DNA of 64,000 nucleotides from Phoronis australis (lineage: Eukaryota > Animalia > Phoronida): the NCBI GenBank assembly GCA_002633005.1, contig NMRA01000033.1, positions 560,233 through 624,232 on the forward strand, read 5' to 3'. The notes beneath the pieces are model-generated. The model did no database searches. It was not told the DNA's origin and was given only the letters and a program-made list of their open reading frames with translations. The position numbers and the translations under genes are program-made. Below, one piece after another: positions 49,921 to 61,669 of the stretch (position 1 is its first letter; each line of letters starts with the position of its first letter).

Positions 49921-52900
49921 GCCGATACAGACTATCACGGTCACTCTTTTCACCAATGGGCATTGAAAGGGCAATTTTCGTTTTCTGCACGTGCTATTTT
50001 GTCAAGCGACAATGTATCAGAATATTAGTGAAGGCATATTTTATTCCTGAATTCAACTATATGTGGCTGAATAAGGGAGTGTTGCCCACTATTGTGTGGT
50101 TCATGTGTGTGTCATGAAGTTTCTCATATGAAGTTTAAGCTTTTCAACTTCTGATCAGTAATTATTCCATTGGGCAACAGATGGTATCCACAAATCAGCA
50201 ACAGCCTCTGATGTGAATATCAGAAATGTTTATTGTTTTAGAGGTTCGTTTTCTCTTAAATTGAAAATGCAAATCACAGTTAAGATAACTAAAGTAAGAG
50301 TCGGCCAGGGTTTTAGCCAGTTTTGATGTCCCAGATTTTACGCCAAGAGGCAATGTTATTAGATGCTTTGTCGCATTCCTTTCTATTTTATGTGACACGA
50401 AATTGTGAGTGACATAAGACAGATAGTCTTTGAAGTTTGTAAACTGTTTAAGGTATATTGAACACTACATGGGCGGGTCAATAGTGAGCAACGTCAAAGT
50501 AAAACATAATAAGAATCAAGTTGTTTATTTAAGTTGAAAATAACACCTAGGAACTCCATTCCAACTATTGTATAACCATAGAAAACACGAAGGGTTGACT
50601 TGTCTTATTTTACGGCTCGATTTTGTTGCAAAATTAACTCAAAAACCATTCGACACTTGCTATAGGGTAAAATAAAATGTCCAAAGGTCATAGTAATATT
50701 ACTTGACAGTCTTCAATATAACTTAATCATGCCCAGTATTTTACACTTTCTAGTTACTTTAGGCCGCAAGTTGAAAGCTGAATGAACTCGAGCAGAGAAC
50801 ACAGCCTGTTCATGTGTTCAACTCTGATCTTAGCCTGCACTTGTCTTGTACATAACATCCAAAATTCGAAACATTTCCAAACAAAATGCCATCTAGGTAA
50901 GCATCAAAATAAACATTTTCATCTGCGTGACACCAGCAATAAGTGGGAGGTACTGTAATATCACTTCTATACTGTAGCGTCCAGATATCTTGGTCTCTAA
51001 CACCAAATCCATCCCACCTACTTGTGGTTTTATAAATCTATAATAATTTGTCGCATATGTTGTTTTTGGTGCTGCCAGAATGTATTTGCCTGAAAAAAGG
51101 TCAGAATAAATGCCTGGAACGGCGATATTGTGTTTTATTTTATTGAAAAGGTTTCATCTTACTTCGTGTGCCAATCTCGGCTTCTGGTTTGTGTATTTGG
51201 CCAGGAAATTCTGGAACATTTATTCTGTTTAGCAGAAAACATTCCTGCATTGTAAAGTATTTTGATGTCTTCCTTTAGTAGAATTCTTGGTGTAGTATTT
51301 TTGGCTATAATTCACGAAGTGCAATTGAAAAATTCAACCATAGCAGATGGACTTGCCAGAAGTAAACTGGGCTTACTCAACATGTGCCACTAGTGAATAA
51401 AGGCGGGGCAAGATCACAGACCTCGTGCCTTTAGAATATTGGTGAAATCTCACTAATTAAGGACACAATATGGCCGACAAGAGAAATTTTATTTTTGATT
51501 TTTCCTATGAAAGATGCGTAGCAATAAAGTAATCCTTTTACACGTTGAAGGATTGTACCAAGGATACCATCAGACAATAAATTGCAGACATTCAGAACAA
51601 TGTTAGAAGCCTTTGAAAAATGAAAAAAATGACTACTTTGAAATTAGTTTTGTCTGAAATTGGGGAGATTCTACTATACAGTGTTGGCGGATCTAGTTCT
51701 ATGCAACTTTTTTTTCATTTAAACAGAAACAACAAGGAAGACCTACAACTGACAAATGCCTTGGACAGTGCACTGCCCTACTAACACCTTGCTTTCGAAA
51801 ACTTCCAACTGCAGTACTCCTGTTCTTTACCACAATTTTTACTTTACAGGCATGACATTCTGGTTTCGAAGAGTTTTTGGCCCACAGCAATTTTTGAGAC
51901 GGTAATGAGTGAACTGTCTACCCTGATTAAAAGATGATTATGCTAAATGTAACTATTAAGCCATGAAAAATTTTCAAGATAAATCTAAATTAAATAATTA
52001 ATAATTACCTTTAATGACCATGATCACAGGACACAAAATGTTTTTAAAAAGAAGACTAGACCATTCATCAAGAGAGCTGTCAACAATTTTAACTTTTATT
52101 CCAATCTGGGGACTAAATTGAAAGATTCCGACAAAACTGGTCACGAGAGACTAGATAAATACACCATTCAATAACGCAACTCTTGCCACCTACATTCTTG
52201 CCACAATGTTGTATAGACGTGAATCTCAAACATTTGGTTGACATACCAATATCACTTCACAATGGTTTAAGCTTTATACATAGAAGCATGAGAAGCCCAT
52301 GCAGTGCCTTTTTAATTGTGCTAGTCCCATTGTTTGTGCAGCCTTTTAATTCTGTCTTTGAGCGGTATTGTATAGCACACCGACATAAATGCAGATGGTA
52401 ATTCTGGTTGTAGTACCCAAGTCAAAACAAAATTAGTTATCAAAACGTAATGTAAGACTGGATAACAAGTGTCATGGAAAAGGCAATTGGTGCCCCGAAC
52501 TCTAGGGTGACACATAGTTTACCCCTTTTTCCAACACCTGCTTTATATGACACAAGGCAATTGGTTAATGCATTGTGTCATAGGAAGAACTAAAGTGGAA
52601 TATCGACTGGGTTACTGTTTGCACAACAAGCCAGAGTTGTTTATGGCTTTCAGGGCAGTTACACATAGGAATATTCAAGTACATTTCTGGATAAGGTACC
52701 AGATGTTTTAGAGGTAAGCCAATTGGCCGGCTTGCCTTAAACCAACTGGTTGGGGTGTCGTGGTCAAAAATTGCATTATCATTTCAAAAAAATTGAATAC
52801 TAGCAACAGACTCTCAGATTCATTTACACAAAAACAAACAAATCTCGAGGCCATCGGACTTTCTGTGGTAACTCACTTTCTATGTAGTGTTATGTCAAAT

Positions 52901-53748
52901 GGCATTGTGTGGGTTCAGATTTTTGGAACAAAAATTACTTTCTGAGGGTAGAGATTATATCTTATTGTCATAAGTCATATTATTCAGAGAAATGGTGTAC
53001 TCTCACAGAGAAAAGAATGTCGATGATAAATGGCAAGTTGTGCAAAACTCGAGAATGCTGATAAAAGGCTACCATAAATTTTTTGGTTCTGGAAGACTAA
53101 CAACTAGGCCAACACACCGCTTAGTCTAAACATAAAAAAGACAGAAGTGTACGCATGTTCAACAGTATTTGGGGGCATGCGTCACTGTCAGTTTGTATAT
53201 TGATCTGAGGTGTCAGTAATATGTAAATATTCTAAAAATTCATATCTTGCTTTGTAAAGACAAAATCATGAATTAATGTCTATAAATTCTTAACGCATTG
53301 TCAACACCATTACATATTTAGTAAACAACCACTTTTAAGCAAAACGTCTCCATTAAAATCTGGAAATTGTGAGAAAAATCTGCAAATCTGTTAATGTAGA
53401 ATACTTGACATAAGTTTTTACGGCACAGGTCAGTGTCTTATCAAAGACAAACAGTGTTCCAGTACAACCTTGTCCAGCAACATAACCTTGAGATTTTTAA
53501 CAAGGCAGCACCCTATACAGTTGTAGCAACTAAATCGAATTCATCAAAATATATCTCCAAAACAGATAACCCATATCTAAAAAGGCACTGCAGTGGGCTT
53601 CAAAAGATATAAATATTACTTTTCTCTGGCAAAGCCATTTAAGTTTCATAATAAATTTAATAAACAGGTCAAACAGTTATTTTCAATTCACACCAAAAAA
53701 TCAAATAAAAACAGAAGAAATGTGTTCCACCCAAATTTGAAGAGCAAC

Positions 53749-54154
53749 ATACTAACAGTATGTTGTATGTCACCACTATATCACTTTCCCAGTGTAATAC
53801 TAACAGTATGTTGTATGTCACCACTATATCACTTTCCAGTGTAATCATACTAACAGTATGTTGTATATCACCACTAAATCACTTTCCCATTGTAATCATA
53901 CTAACAGTGTGTTGTATATCACCACTATATCACTTTCCCAGTGTAATCATACTAACAGTATGTTGTATATCACCACTATATCACTTTCCCAGAGTAATCA
54001 TACTAACAGTGTGTTGTATATCGCCACGATATCACTTTCCCAGTGTAATCATACTAACTGCATGTTGTATATCACCAAGGTATCACTTTCCCAGTGTAAT
54101 CATACTAAAAGTATGTTGTATATCACCAAGGTATCACTTTCCCAGTGTAATCAT
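53749..54154. repeat. 51-bp minisatellite, ~8 copies, overlapping the SDR stop codon
   Basis: Unit actaacagtatgttgtatatcaccactatatcactttcccagtgtaatcat. Confidence 0.95.
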
Positions 54155-54347
54155 AAAACTGTCCTGTGTGTTCGCTACCAAGTCCCTGTAATACATTCAA
54201 CATGCCTTCTACACTCTGTTCTACTGTCACGGGTGCCTTGGCTCCACCTAAATCAGTCGACACCCAACCAGGATGTAGGCATACATTGAGAATGCGGTCC
54301 TTCTTCATATCTTCACTGGCTGACACTGCTGCCATGTTCAAAGCAGC
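54123..54347 (-). CDS. CsgA-like SDR last exon
   Basis: AALNMAAVS...CLHPGWVSTDLGG...GQFYDYTGKVIPW then TGA; HPGWVxTDxGG and terminal PW typify the C-factor subfamily. Confidence 0.95.
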   Translation of the reverse strand, partial: AALNMAAVSASEDMKKDRILNVCLHPGWVSTDLGGAKAPVTVEQSVEGMLNVLQGLGSEHTGQFYDYTGKVIPW

Positions 54348-55605
54348 CTGAAACCAGTGAACAGAAAACGATAACCAAAACTTCTGAAACTGGTGAGCAC
54401 CCATACAAGTATGTCCAATTCTCAAAACATGGTTGGTGAGAGCACTGTGTAGACAAGCTAAAGAGGCAGTGGGAGACCACTTGCCTGTGGTAAGAGTTCT
54501 GCCACAAAAATGCAGACACTAAAATGTGACGAGAAATGACTTGAATACAGCATTAACACAAGTTACCACTATCGTTCACTGGTGCCTCTAGACAGCTCAC
54601 TATTGCATCCATTGTGTTCTCGAACGTTTATGCAGTGGATACACTTAAATGCAAATTAAGCCAAAAAAGCAGTTTTAGTAGAAAAAAGGACTACAACCCA
54701 GTTTGTAATGCTTGCACTTCATGTCTATCAATCATAATCAGACACCTCTAGGATGACGGGTAAAATTTCCTTGCCTGGAAACAATCTGAGATTTCAGCGT
54801 GAATTTCTTAAAATGTGATGAGGATAGTGTGCTTGCTACGGCCTCTGTCTAGTAAGTTCTCCTATTCGTGCATTACATGCACAGAACAAAGCCCTTTTGA
54901 AGTTAGATGGACATAAAACATAGCATTGACTATCGTCAACTGCCACACAAGCTGATCGCTAAGTTCCCCCTGAGGTGAGATTTTGCAAGTGTTGTGTGTT
55001 AAAACTTCCTTGCATATGTCCAAGAGCAAATCCGTTCCAACATCCTGATTTCTTTATGGCAAAACCACAAGTCAATATAGACGAGACAATTATGAATGTT
55101 TCTTACCAGTTGGGATTAGAACAAGCATTTACCAGAGAGCCTAGAATTTTATGACTGGCTTCCTTTGTTTGAGGATGGGGAAGATGGGTGTCAGTTAAAA
55201 CTGCTGCTTGTTGGTTGCAACAATCCCACCCATTTTATATAAGCATCAACTAAATCCGCCATTGAAAATAGAACTTTTTCATTGATTCAATGACAAAAGT
55301 GGGTTAACAGATGAAAAGAGAAATGAAGCGCATTGCAATTGGTGTTCCTTAGTTGATATCTGTCACACTCTTGGGTAACATACCTGAGCAACACAATGGG
55401 GGTGACCTGATTTGTGTACACCACTGCTTACGAGAAAGTTTTTNCCCCCCCCCCGAAAAAAAATCAGTGAAATTTGAACGGAGGAGCCCATCAGGTTTTT
55501 GAAAATGTTATACTTGAACTTTGTCATGTAGAGGGGTTAAACTGAATGAGAACTCTACAAAAACAGAAAATCTGCCTTCTGCTTCATCACTGAAGGATGA
55601 TATAC

Positions 55606-55764
55606 CTTAGAGAGTGAGTAAGAGTATGTTCGTCCCACATGACCGACCCCTATTGTGTGAATGGAGCCCAGAATGGCCGAGATGTTGACCACGGCTGATC
55701 GCGAACAGCTCATCTCTTTGTCACTGTGCTGTTTGGATGCAAGTCTCAACAAAGGGTAAAGATT
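55606..55764 (-). CDS. CsgA-like SDR exon (YxxxK active site)
   Basis: NLYPLLRLAS...SAVVNISAILGSI...YSYSLSK. Confidence 0.93.
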
Positions 55765-56143
55765 CTGAAAGAAGAAAGCACTGAGATTAGAATCTAATCA
55801 ATAACAGCTTTGTTAATGAAGAGAAATAAATTACAGCAGGATGTGACAGGTGCAAACAAAATTTTTCATCACACGCAAAAAAAAACATTTACATATTTTG
55901 AGATGATCAATCAAAAATTGCCACTTTAACTGCTCATAATTGGTTATACCCCCTCTCCCAAATTACACGGCCATGACAGATAATTCTTTAAACGTCACTT
56001 TGGAGATTTTCAGCTAGCAAACGTATTTTGTGTTTTCGGGCAATGTTTCTTTGACAACAACACACAAAGTGAATGACATCACAAATGAAACTTCCTGGGT
56101 GTTAAGTGTATTGTTAGTTTTGCTTTAATGTCCAAGCCACCCC

Positions 56144-56368
56144 NNNNNNNNNNNNNNNNNNNNNNNNNNNNNNNNNNNNNNNNNNNNNNNNNNNNNNNNN
56201 NNNNNNNNNNNNNNNNNNNNNNNNNNNNNNNNNNNNNNNNNNNNNNNNNNNNNNNNNNNNNNNNNNNNNNNNNNNNNNNNNNNNNNNNNNNNNNNNNNNN
56301 NNNNNNNNNNNNNNNNNNNNNNNNNNNNNNNNNNNNNNNNNNNNNNNNNNNNNNNNNNNNNNNNNNNN
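56144..56368. other. Assembly gap
   Basis: 225 Ns flanked by C runs. Confidence 1.
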
Positions 56369-57071
56369 CCCCCAACTTCTCAAAAGTACTTTTTAATGAC
56401 CTTGCTCAATTTAACCACTCATCCACCCTAGGTTTTTTAGTATTACATTCAAATTTCCTGGTAGATGGAGCTGCATTTCGCCCTCTTTAGCTACTTAAGA
56501 ACCAAGAATCAAATCTGGTCTTTTATTCTCACAAAAGCCATGTACCATTTTTGAATTTGCAATTTTAGAGTTGGCCAACTCTGAAGTGTCTCTTGACGTC
56601 GCTGAAGGTTTCGATGTTCATGTTGGAAACAAAAATAGAATCCTGTCACACCAAGGAATTTTATGAGACCGATTTTTTGGGATTTAAAGGCCAAACTCAA
56701 TTTTCAATTTAGCTAGCTAAACAGGAGGTGATGCAGCTTTAACCCACTCAAATACAGTAACAGATTTAGTTGGAAATGTGTTTTGCCTCTACATTTTACC
56801 AAAAGATACTGTCAATTTTTTAAACTAAATATATACTCCAACCTTTAATAACTTGCAATTTATTCTTAATGGTAACTGATGTGTGTGCGGCAACTAACCA
56901 AACTTGAAGGTAAAACAGCCATCCAGAGCTAAATGCTAACACAATGGTTACAAATGAAATTTCCTTTCCAACCACATGATAGAAAACACAGAATTAATTT
57001 TCATTCCTATAAGGCATTGCTATTAAACGATGATCAAAGAAAATCTTTGATCAGCACACTTTTAATTTTAC

Positions 57072-57166
57072 CTTCATCAACAGCAGAGGAGTGACAGCAT
57101 TGATGGTGAAGCTTACATATAACTTGTCAACTGTCACACCACGGAACGAGTCCTTGTGCATGATTC
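57072..57166 (-). CDS. CsgA-like SDR exon
   Basis: IMHKDSFRGVTVDKLYVSFTINAVTPLLLMK; ttcaag / gtaaaa. Confidence 0.88.
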
Positions 57167-58890
57167 CTTGAAGGAAAAAGGAATTGTGTTATGAGCCATT
57201 GTGGAGTACTTGCAGGCATTAATGATAAATTGTTTGGCCACTTATTTGCTTGTACTGGGCAAGTATGATAAAACAACATTTGATTATTAAGTTTCCACAC
57301 TATGCAGCAAGCAAGTCGTCCTCTACAAATTGAAAAGGAACAATTTTGGCAATTATTTTCAACCGAGTATTTTACGCGTTGTAATTCACAGGATAACACT
57401 CTTTCCAAAATGTTTTCTTATACCCTTCAATCAATGGCAACAGTTACGTTATTGAGACGGTTGTTTTATCATTGTACCTTAAAGTTTTGTTTCTGATAAA
57501 TTTTACTAAAAAAAAACATTGACACGTGTCCTAATTCTTATGACACTTACTGGTAAAAAGTCTGCAAAAATCAAATTCTGCAGGATTTTTACTCGTTTCG
57601 GAAAATACATACTTTACTGAGATCAATTTGATAGTTTTGTAGACATTTGCCTGAATACACAAACACATCAGGGACAGCTGCCAGTGCCTAGTAGTAAAGC
57701 CGAGGCAAACACGCCAATATGCAAAACACTTGACCACAAAAATTGTATCATTTCGGATACAGGTGCAAGAAGCTAAATCTTTGCAACCTCTAAATATATG
57801 CAAGCTAGCCCTATGTGAAAGTACAGAGAACTATTGAGTTCAGGTTTGCAACACAATATTGCAGATGAAACTGGATAAGTTCCTCATTGCTATTCAATGA
57901 CACTTGACACACTGGCATTACATCAAGAACCAACCTCTGTCTTGACTGGCTGTTACCAAGAGGACCTCCAGATGGGTGAATGGATTCCATTGCCTAATGG
58001 AATTCCAACTATTGAAATTTTGATTAAAAGTTGTGTTCATGGTATAGAACACGTTTGAACACTACAAGAAGCCAAACAAAACAAAAACAAGTATTTATTT
58101 ATCTAAACATCATTCAACAAAGAATGGACTCACCGGAGACAGCCTAAGAGTTGTTATGTCTGCGGCGAAGGATGTTAAAGTTGAGTCCCGATGAGTTGCC
58201 AGCAGTCACTGGTACGGTGCGCGGCTTTAGACGCTCTGCGGCTGGGTTAAAGATCTTTTATAGGCCTAACTATCCCCAATTCCCGTACCAGGATGAATTT
58301 CAAAAAATAACTTGACTTGGCTGCGTCAGATGTGATATGCGACGTTGATGTTGAAATTGCGCCATATTTTTTATGTTGATTTCCTTTGTTGGTTTATAAT
58401 TCATATATTGCAATGTAGGCATCCTGGGGAGGCTTGGATGTACTTGTGACTGTAGAGTCGTCAAAATTTATCCATTCAAAATAATAAAGCTTAATGGTAA
58501 TGTAAGTTAAAAGGATACCAAACCCAGTTCTGACCTATAACAGATATCAAAAAAGAATTTCTCATCTAGTTCTGTGAAACAAAATGATGCTCAGTAACCC
58601 TTGGCAACTATCAAAAACTTGGAACAAAATTTGAAAACTCTTAACAAAGTCTGCTAACAGGCAAGAACAACATACGCTTGTGGCGAATTACACGATAATT
58701 GTAGGGAAACATCACTCACCAACAAGCATGTCTTTTCCATATATGACTTGGAGAATATGGTTTTTAGTTGAATCATACTTTTATCACTTATTAATAAGTG
58801 GGACACCAATGATTTTCAGGTGACAAAACAGGGTTTGGTATCGTTTTAAAAGTTAGAGGTTTGTGAAATTGGAAATAACACAAAACTTAC

Positions 58891-58983
58891 CAGCATTGTT
58901 AATCAAGGTATTCAATCCATTCTCACCGACAATATCTTTTACCCTGTCAACAACTTGGGGAATAGTATCCGGTTTGCTTGAGT
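58891..58983 (-). CDS. CsgA-like SDR exon (NNAG motif)
   Basis: SSKPDTIPQVVDRVKDIVGENGLNTLINNAG; atttag / gtaagt. Confidence 0.92.
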
Positions 58984-59147
58984 CTAAATGAAATAAAAAT
59001 GTTAAACTAACCAAGAGGAAAACTTTGTTCAAATTGCGACGTTAATTAGAACACATTGAGCAAAAATATAGTTAGTTTCACGAATGGCTGAAAACACATT
59101 GACACATATGTAAATATTCATAAACGTTTAGTCAGAAGGCAAAATAT

Positions 59148-59183
59148 TACCGTGTTAGTTACCGTGTTAGTTACCGTGTTAGG
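59148..59183. repeat. 12-bp tandem repeat x3 at the edge of a dispersed repeat also seen at ~21720-21930
   Basis: ttaccgtgttag x3, then ttaggacacaacatgg shared with ~21725. Confidence 0.7.
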
Positions 59184-59708
59184 ACACAACATGGTGAACA
59201 AATGAAATTATATTTTCTCAGTTCATCTGTAAAATATAACAAGCACAAAATTTCTTGCTTTACCAGCTTTGAGTTGTTCAACTACTGTCCTACAAAACCT
59301 TGTAGGCAATCAAAATGTTGAAATCTATTGAAAACTGAAAACGGGCTATTTCAGCAATTATTTTTTGTCTTAAATTGGGAAGATTTCCCATTACATAACT
59401 AATTATAATTAAGGGAAACAGAAACGTTACTCAAAGCAATAATAAACCCATCTCTGTCACCAACAAATTTTGATTTTGGACACTAGAACCGTTATGCAAT
59501 TGGTCTCGAAGAGTTCCTATGTCAAAATAAACACGATTTCTAGGCTTAGATAAAACCATAGATTACAGACAACAGATTCGCAACTCCGACATTTTCTTGC
59601 ATAGCAGCCTAGAGGAGGCGCCACTCTCCTAAATTATCAATTTCAGTTTCCGGTTAGTGTATTGTGATGGGAAATGCTCGCATCTATTTTACTGTCCAGT
59701 ACAATGAA

Positions 59709-60684
59709 CATAGGCAGANGCAAAAAAAATAAAACAGTAAGAGCGTAGGGAAATGGTGAGTTTGTTAATTAACCCCGGTAATTAAAATTATACGGATGAA
59801 AAAAGATTTAAATGTGTGCAGTTTTAGTGTTGGGGGGGGGCTCAAATCCAATTTCAAGTGTCAAATCCGGAACACGGCGCGTTCGTAACGGAACCATGGC
59901 TAAGTATAGAATCTCCCGCGATATCCTAGGCGACCGGCAGCGGCACTGTGCACTACGACTCCGTTTCCATCGTCTGCTCCACTGTACAATGAAGAAAATT
60001 TACTTCATTTTTTAAAGAAAATGGAACCTGAGTGGCGATGAAAAAACAGAAGCTGCTAGTAAGATGTGAATTTTAATCGAAGCCTTAGTGAATCACTCAG
60101 AAACTCGCAATACTCTCTTTGTCAAACCTTATCTTAAGACGGTTTCCAAAGCAATCCCGTCATTATTGCCAACACGAAAAATGGATTTGGTCTTTTGGGC
60201 ATTTGAAGACTATTTCAAATACGACAAATTTGTTAAGAATTGATGGCACAAAATATAAAACGTGTAATAAGCATTACAAAAAGAAGTAGGTTACGCGCGC
60301 AAACGCTGTGGCCCATAAACAAGTAAGTCTTTTAGTATGAGAGTTGTAGTTAAATCGTGGTGGTGTAGTGGTAACGTACGCGCGCTCAACCCTCTAGGTC
60401 GTGAGTTCGAGTCTTTGACACTTGCATTTTTTTCCTGTTTGACACGTTCTCCGTGTTTTTTTTTCTCCTTTTTTTCTTGGATAATACTTCAGGAATCAAG
60501 GAAAATGCTTGATTTTTAGAGGTAAAAACAGAAAAATTTCCTGGGCGGGAGGGGGGCAAACCCCCCTCCCGACCTCCCCCCATTCGGTGCTATGCGCATC
60601 TACAATCGTGGTTCAGTTTGCGCAAATGCTTCCAGCCGGACAAAATGTTGGGCCCCCCCTTGTGATATCCTAGATCCGCCACTG
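59709..60684 (+). mobile_element. Non-autonomous DNA transposon with 5-bp TSD (hAT5-like)
   Basis: Termini CATAGGC... / ...TAGATCCGCCACTG, TSD ATGAA; internal N at 59719. Confidence 0.75.
60355..60420 (+). pseudogene. tRNA-derived fragment inside DNA transposon
   Basis: A box TGGTGTAGTGG, B box GAGTTCGAGTC; cloverleaf stems do not pair well. Confidence 0.5.
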
Positions 60685-61611
60685 ATGAAAACGGTAATTT
60701 CAGCATTGAAACACTGTTCAAAGTCTTTCAATAATAGAACTGTTGGTATCGTGAGTACTTTTGACACCCGACCACGCAACAGACGACCATGATTAGCAGA
60801 CAACGTACTTGCCTTAAGTAAAACTTGCTAATTTTGCCAGGTGCTGCTAGTGAATAGTGACATCACGGCTTATGCGTAAGATCACAGATTTCGTCCATTG
60901 AAAATATATGTACTATAGTCTATGATAAAACTACCAGTTTGTTACTGCTTGAAACAAGAGTGCACACCTTGTTGATTTGTCAAGATGTGTCATTTTATTC
61001 GCCGAGCATGATCTTGATCAATAACGACCTGTCTTGTTACATAATTCAAAAATCACGTGTGATGTGAGACAGGAATGCTCAGACCAATTTATTAACGGTA
61101 AATGGTCTCTAATCATAAGTCTCTTTCTTCGATGGAATGTGGCTTTAATGCCACTTTAAATTTCAAATATTCTGAATGTCAGATAGTACCACTAAAATAA
61201 CAAGAATCATTATAATCTGAGCAATGACGGTGATGAAGACTATTATGATGGTGATAACAGTGATCATAAAAAAATATTTATTGTCTTATGTTGACTACTG
61301 TGTGACCCAAGCGTGTACACTCTAAGCCGATAGGCTAAGAGTGAAAATTATTATTACTCTCTCGTCAGTAGCTATTACAACTTATCAATCTATTCTATGA
61401 ATTGAGCAATTGTCTGCACATAGCTGAATCCACTCCACAAGTTTTGTCCCTGGCACAAGTTATTGCCATTAATAGCATCTTTTTTTAAACGTGGCAGTTT
61501 CGGATCGCATAACAATGTGAAGTGTATTTGAGCAAGAAAGATTCATAATTCCTAGAAGTCAGCAGGTAAGATCATCTGTAAAAGACTAAATAAGTTTTCG
61601 ATTCCACTCAC

Positions 61612-61669
61612 CTAACTGTACCAAATGTATTTTGGTGGTCGAACTATTTGAAGCAACTTGATGCAAGTT
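61612..61669 (-). CDS. C-factor/CsgA/Sniffer-like SDR exon (upstream GxxxGxG exon not found in window)
   Basis: NLHQVASNSSTTKIHLVQLD; ttttag / gtgagt; phase fits next exon. Confidence 0.75.

Noticed and set aside
53593-54289. Cys-rich repeat ORFs on + (TVCCISPLYHFP...)
   Set aside because: Product of the 51-bp repeat, antisense to the SDR last exon and 3'UTR
56079-56490. ORFs containing X runs
   Set aside because: Artefact of the N gap
58700-58760. Additional donor-like GTGAGT on - in the SDR intron
   Set aside because: No convincing acceptor, promoter or coding frame associated
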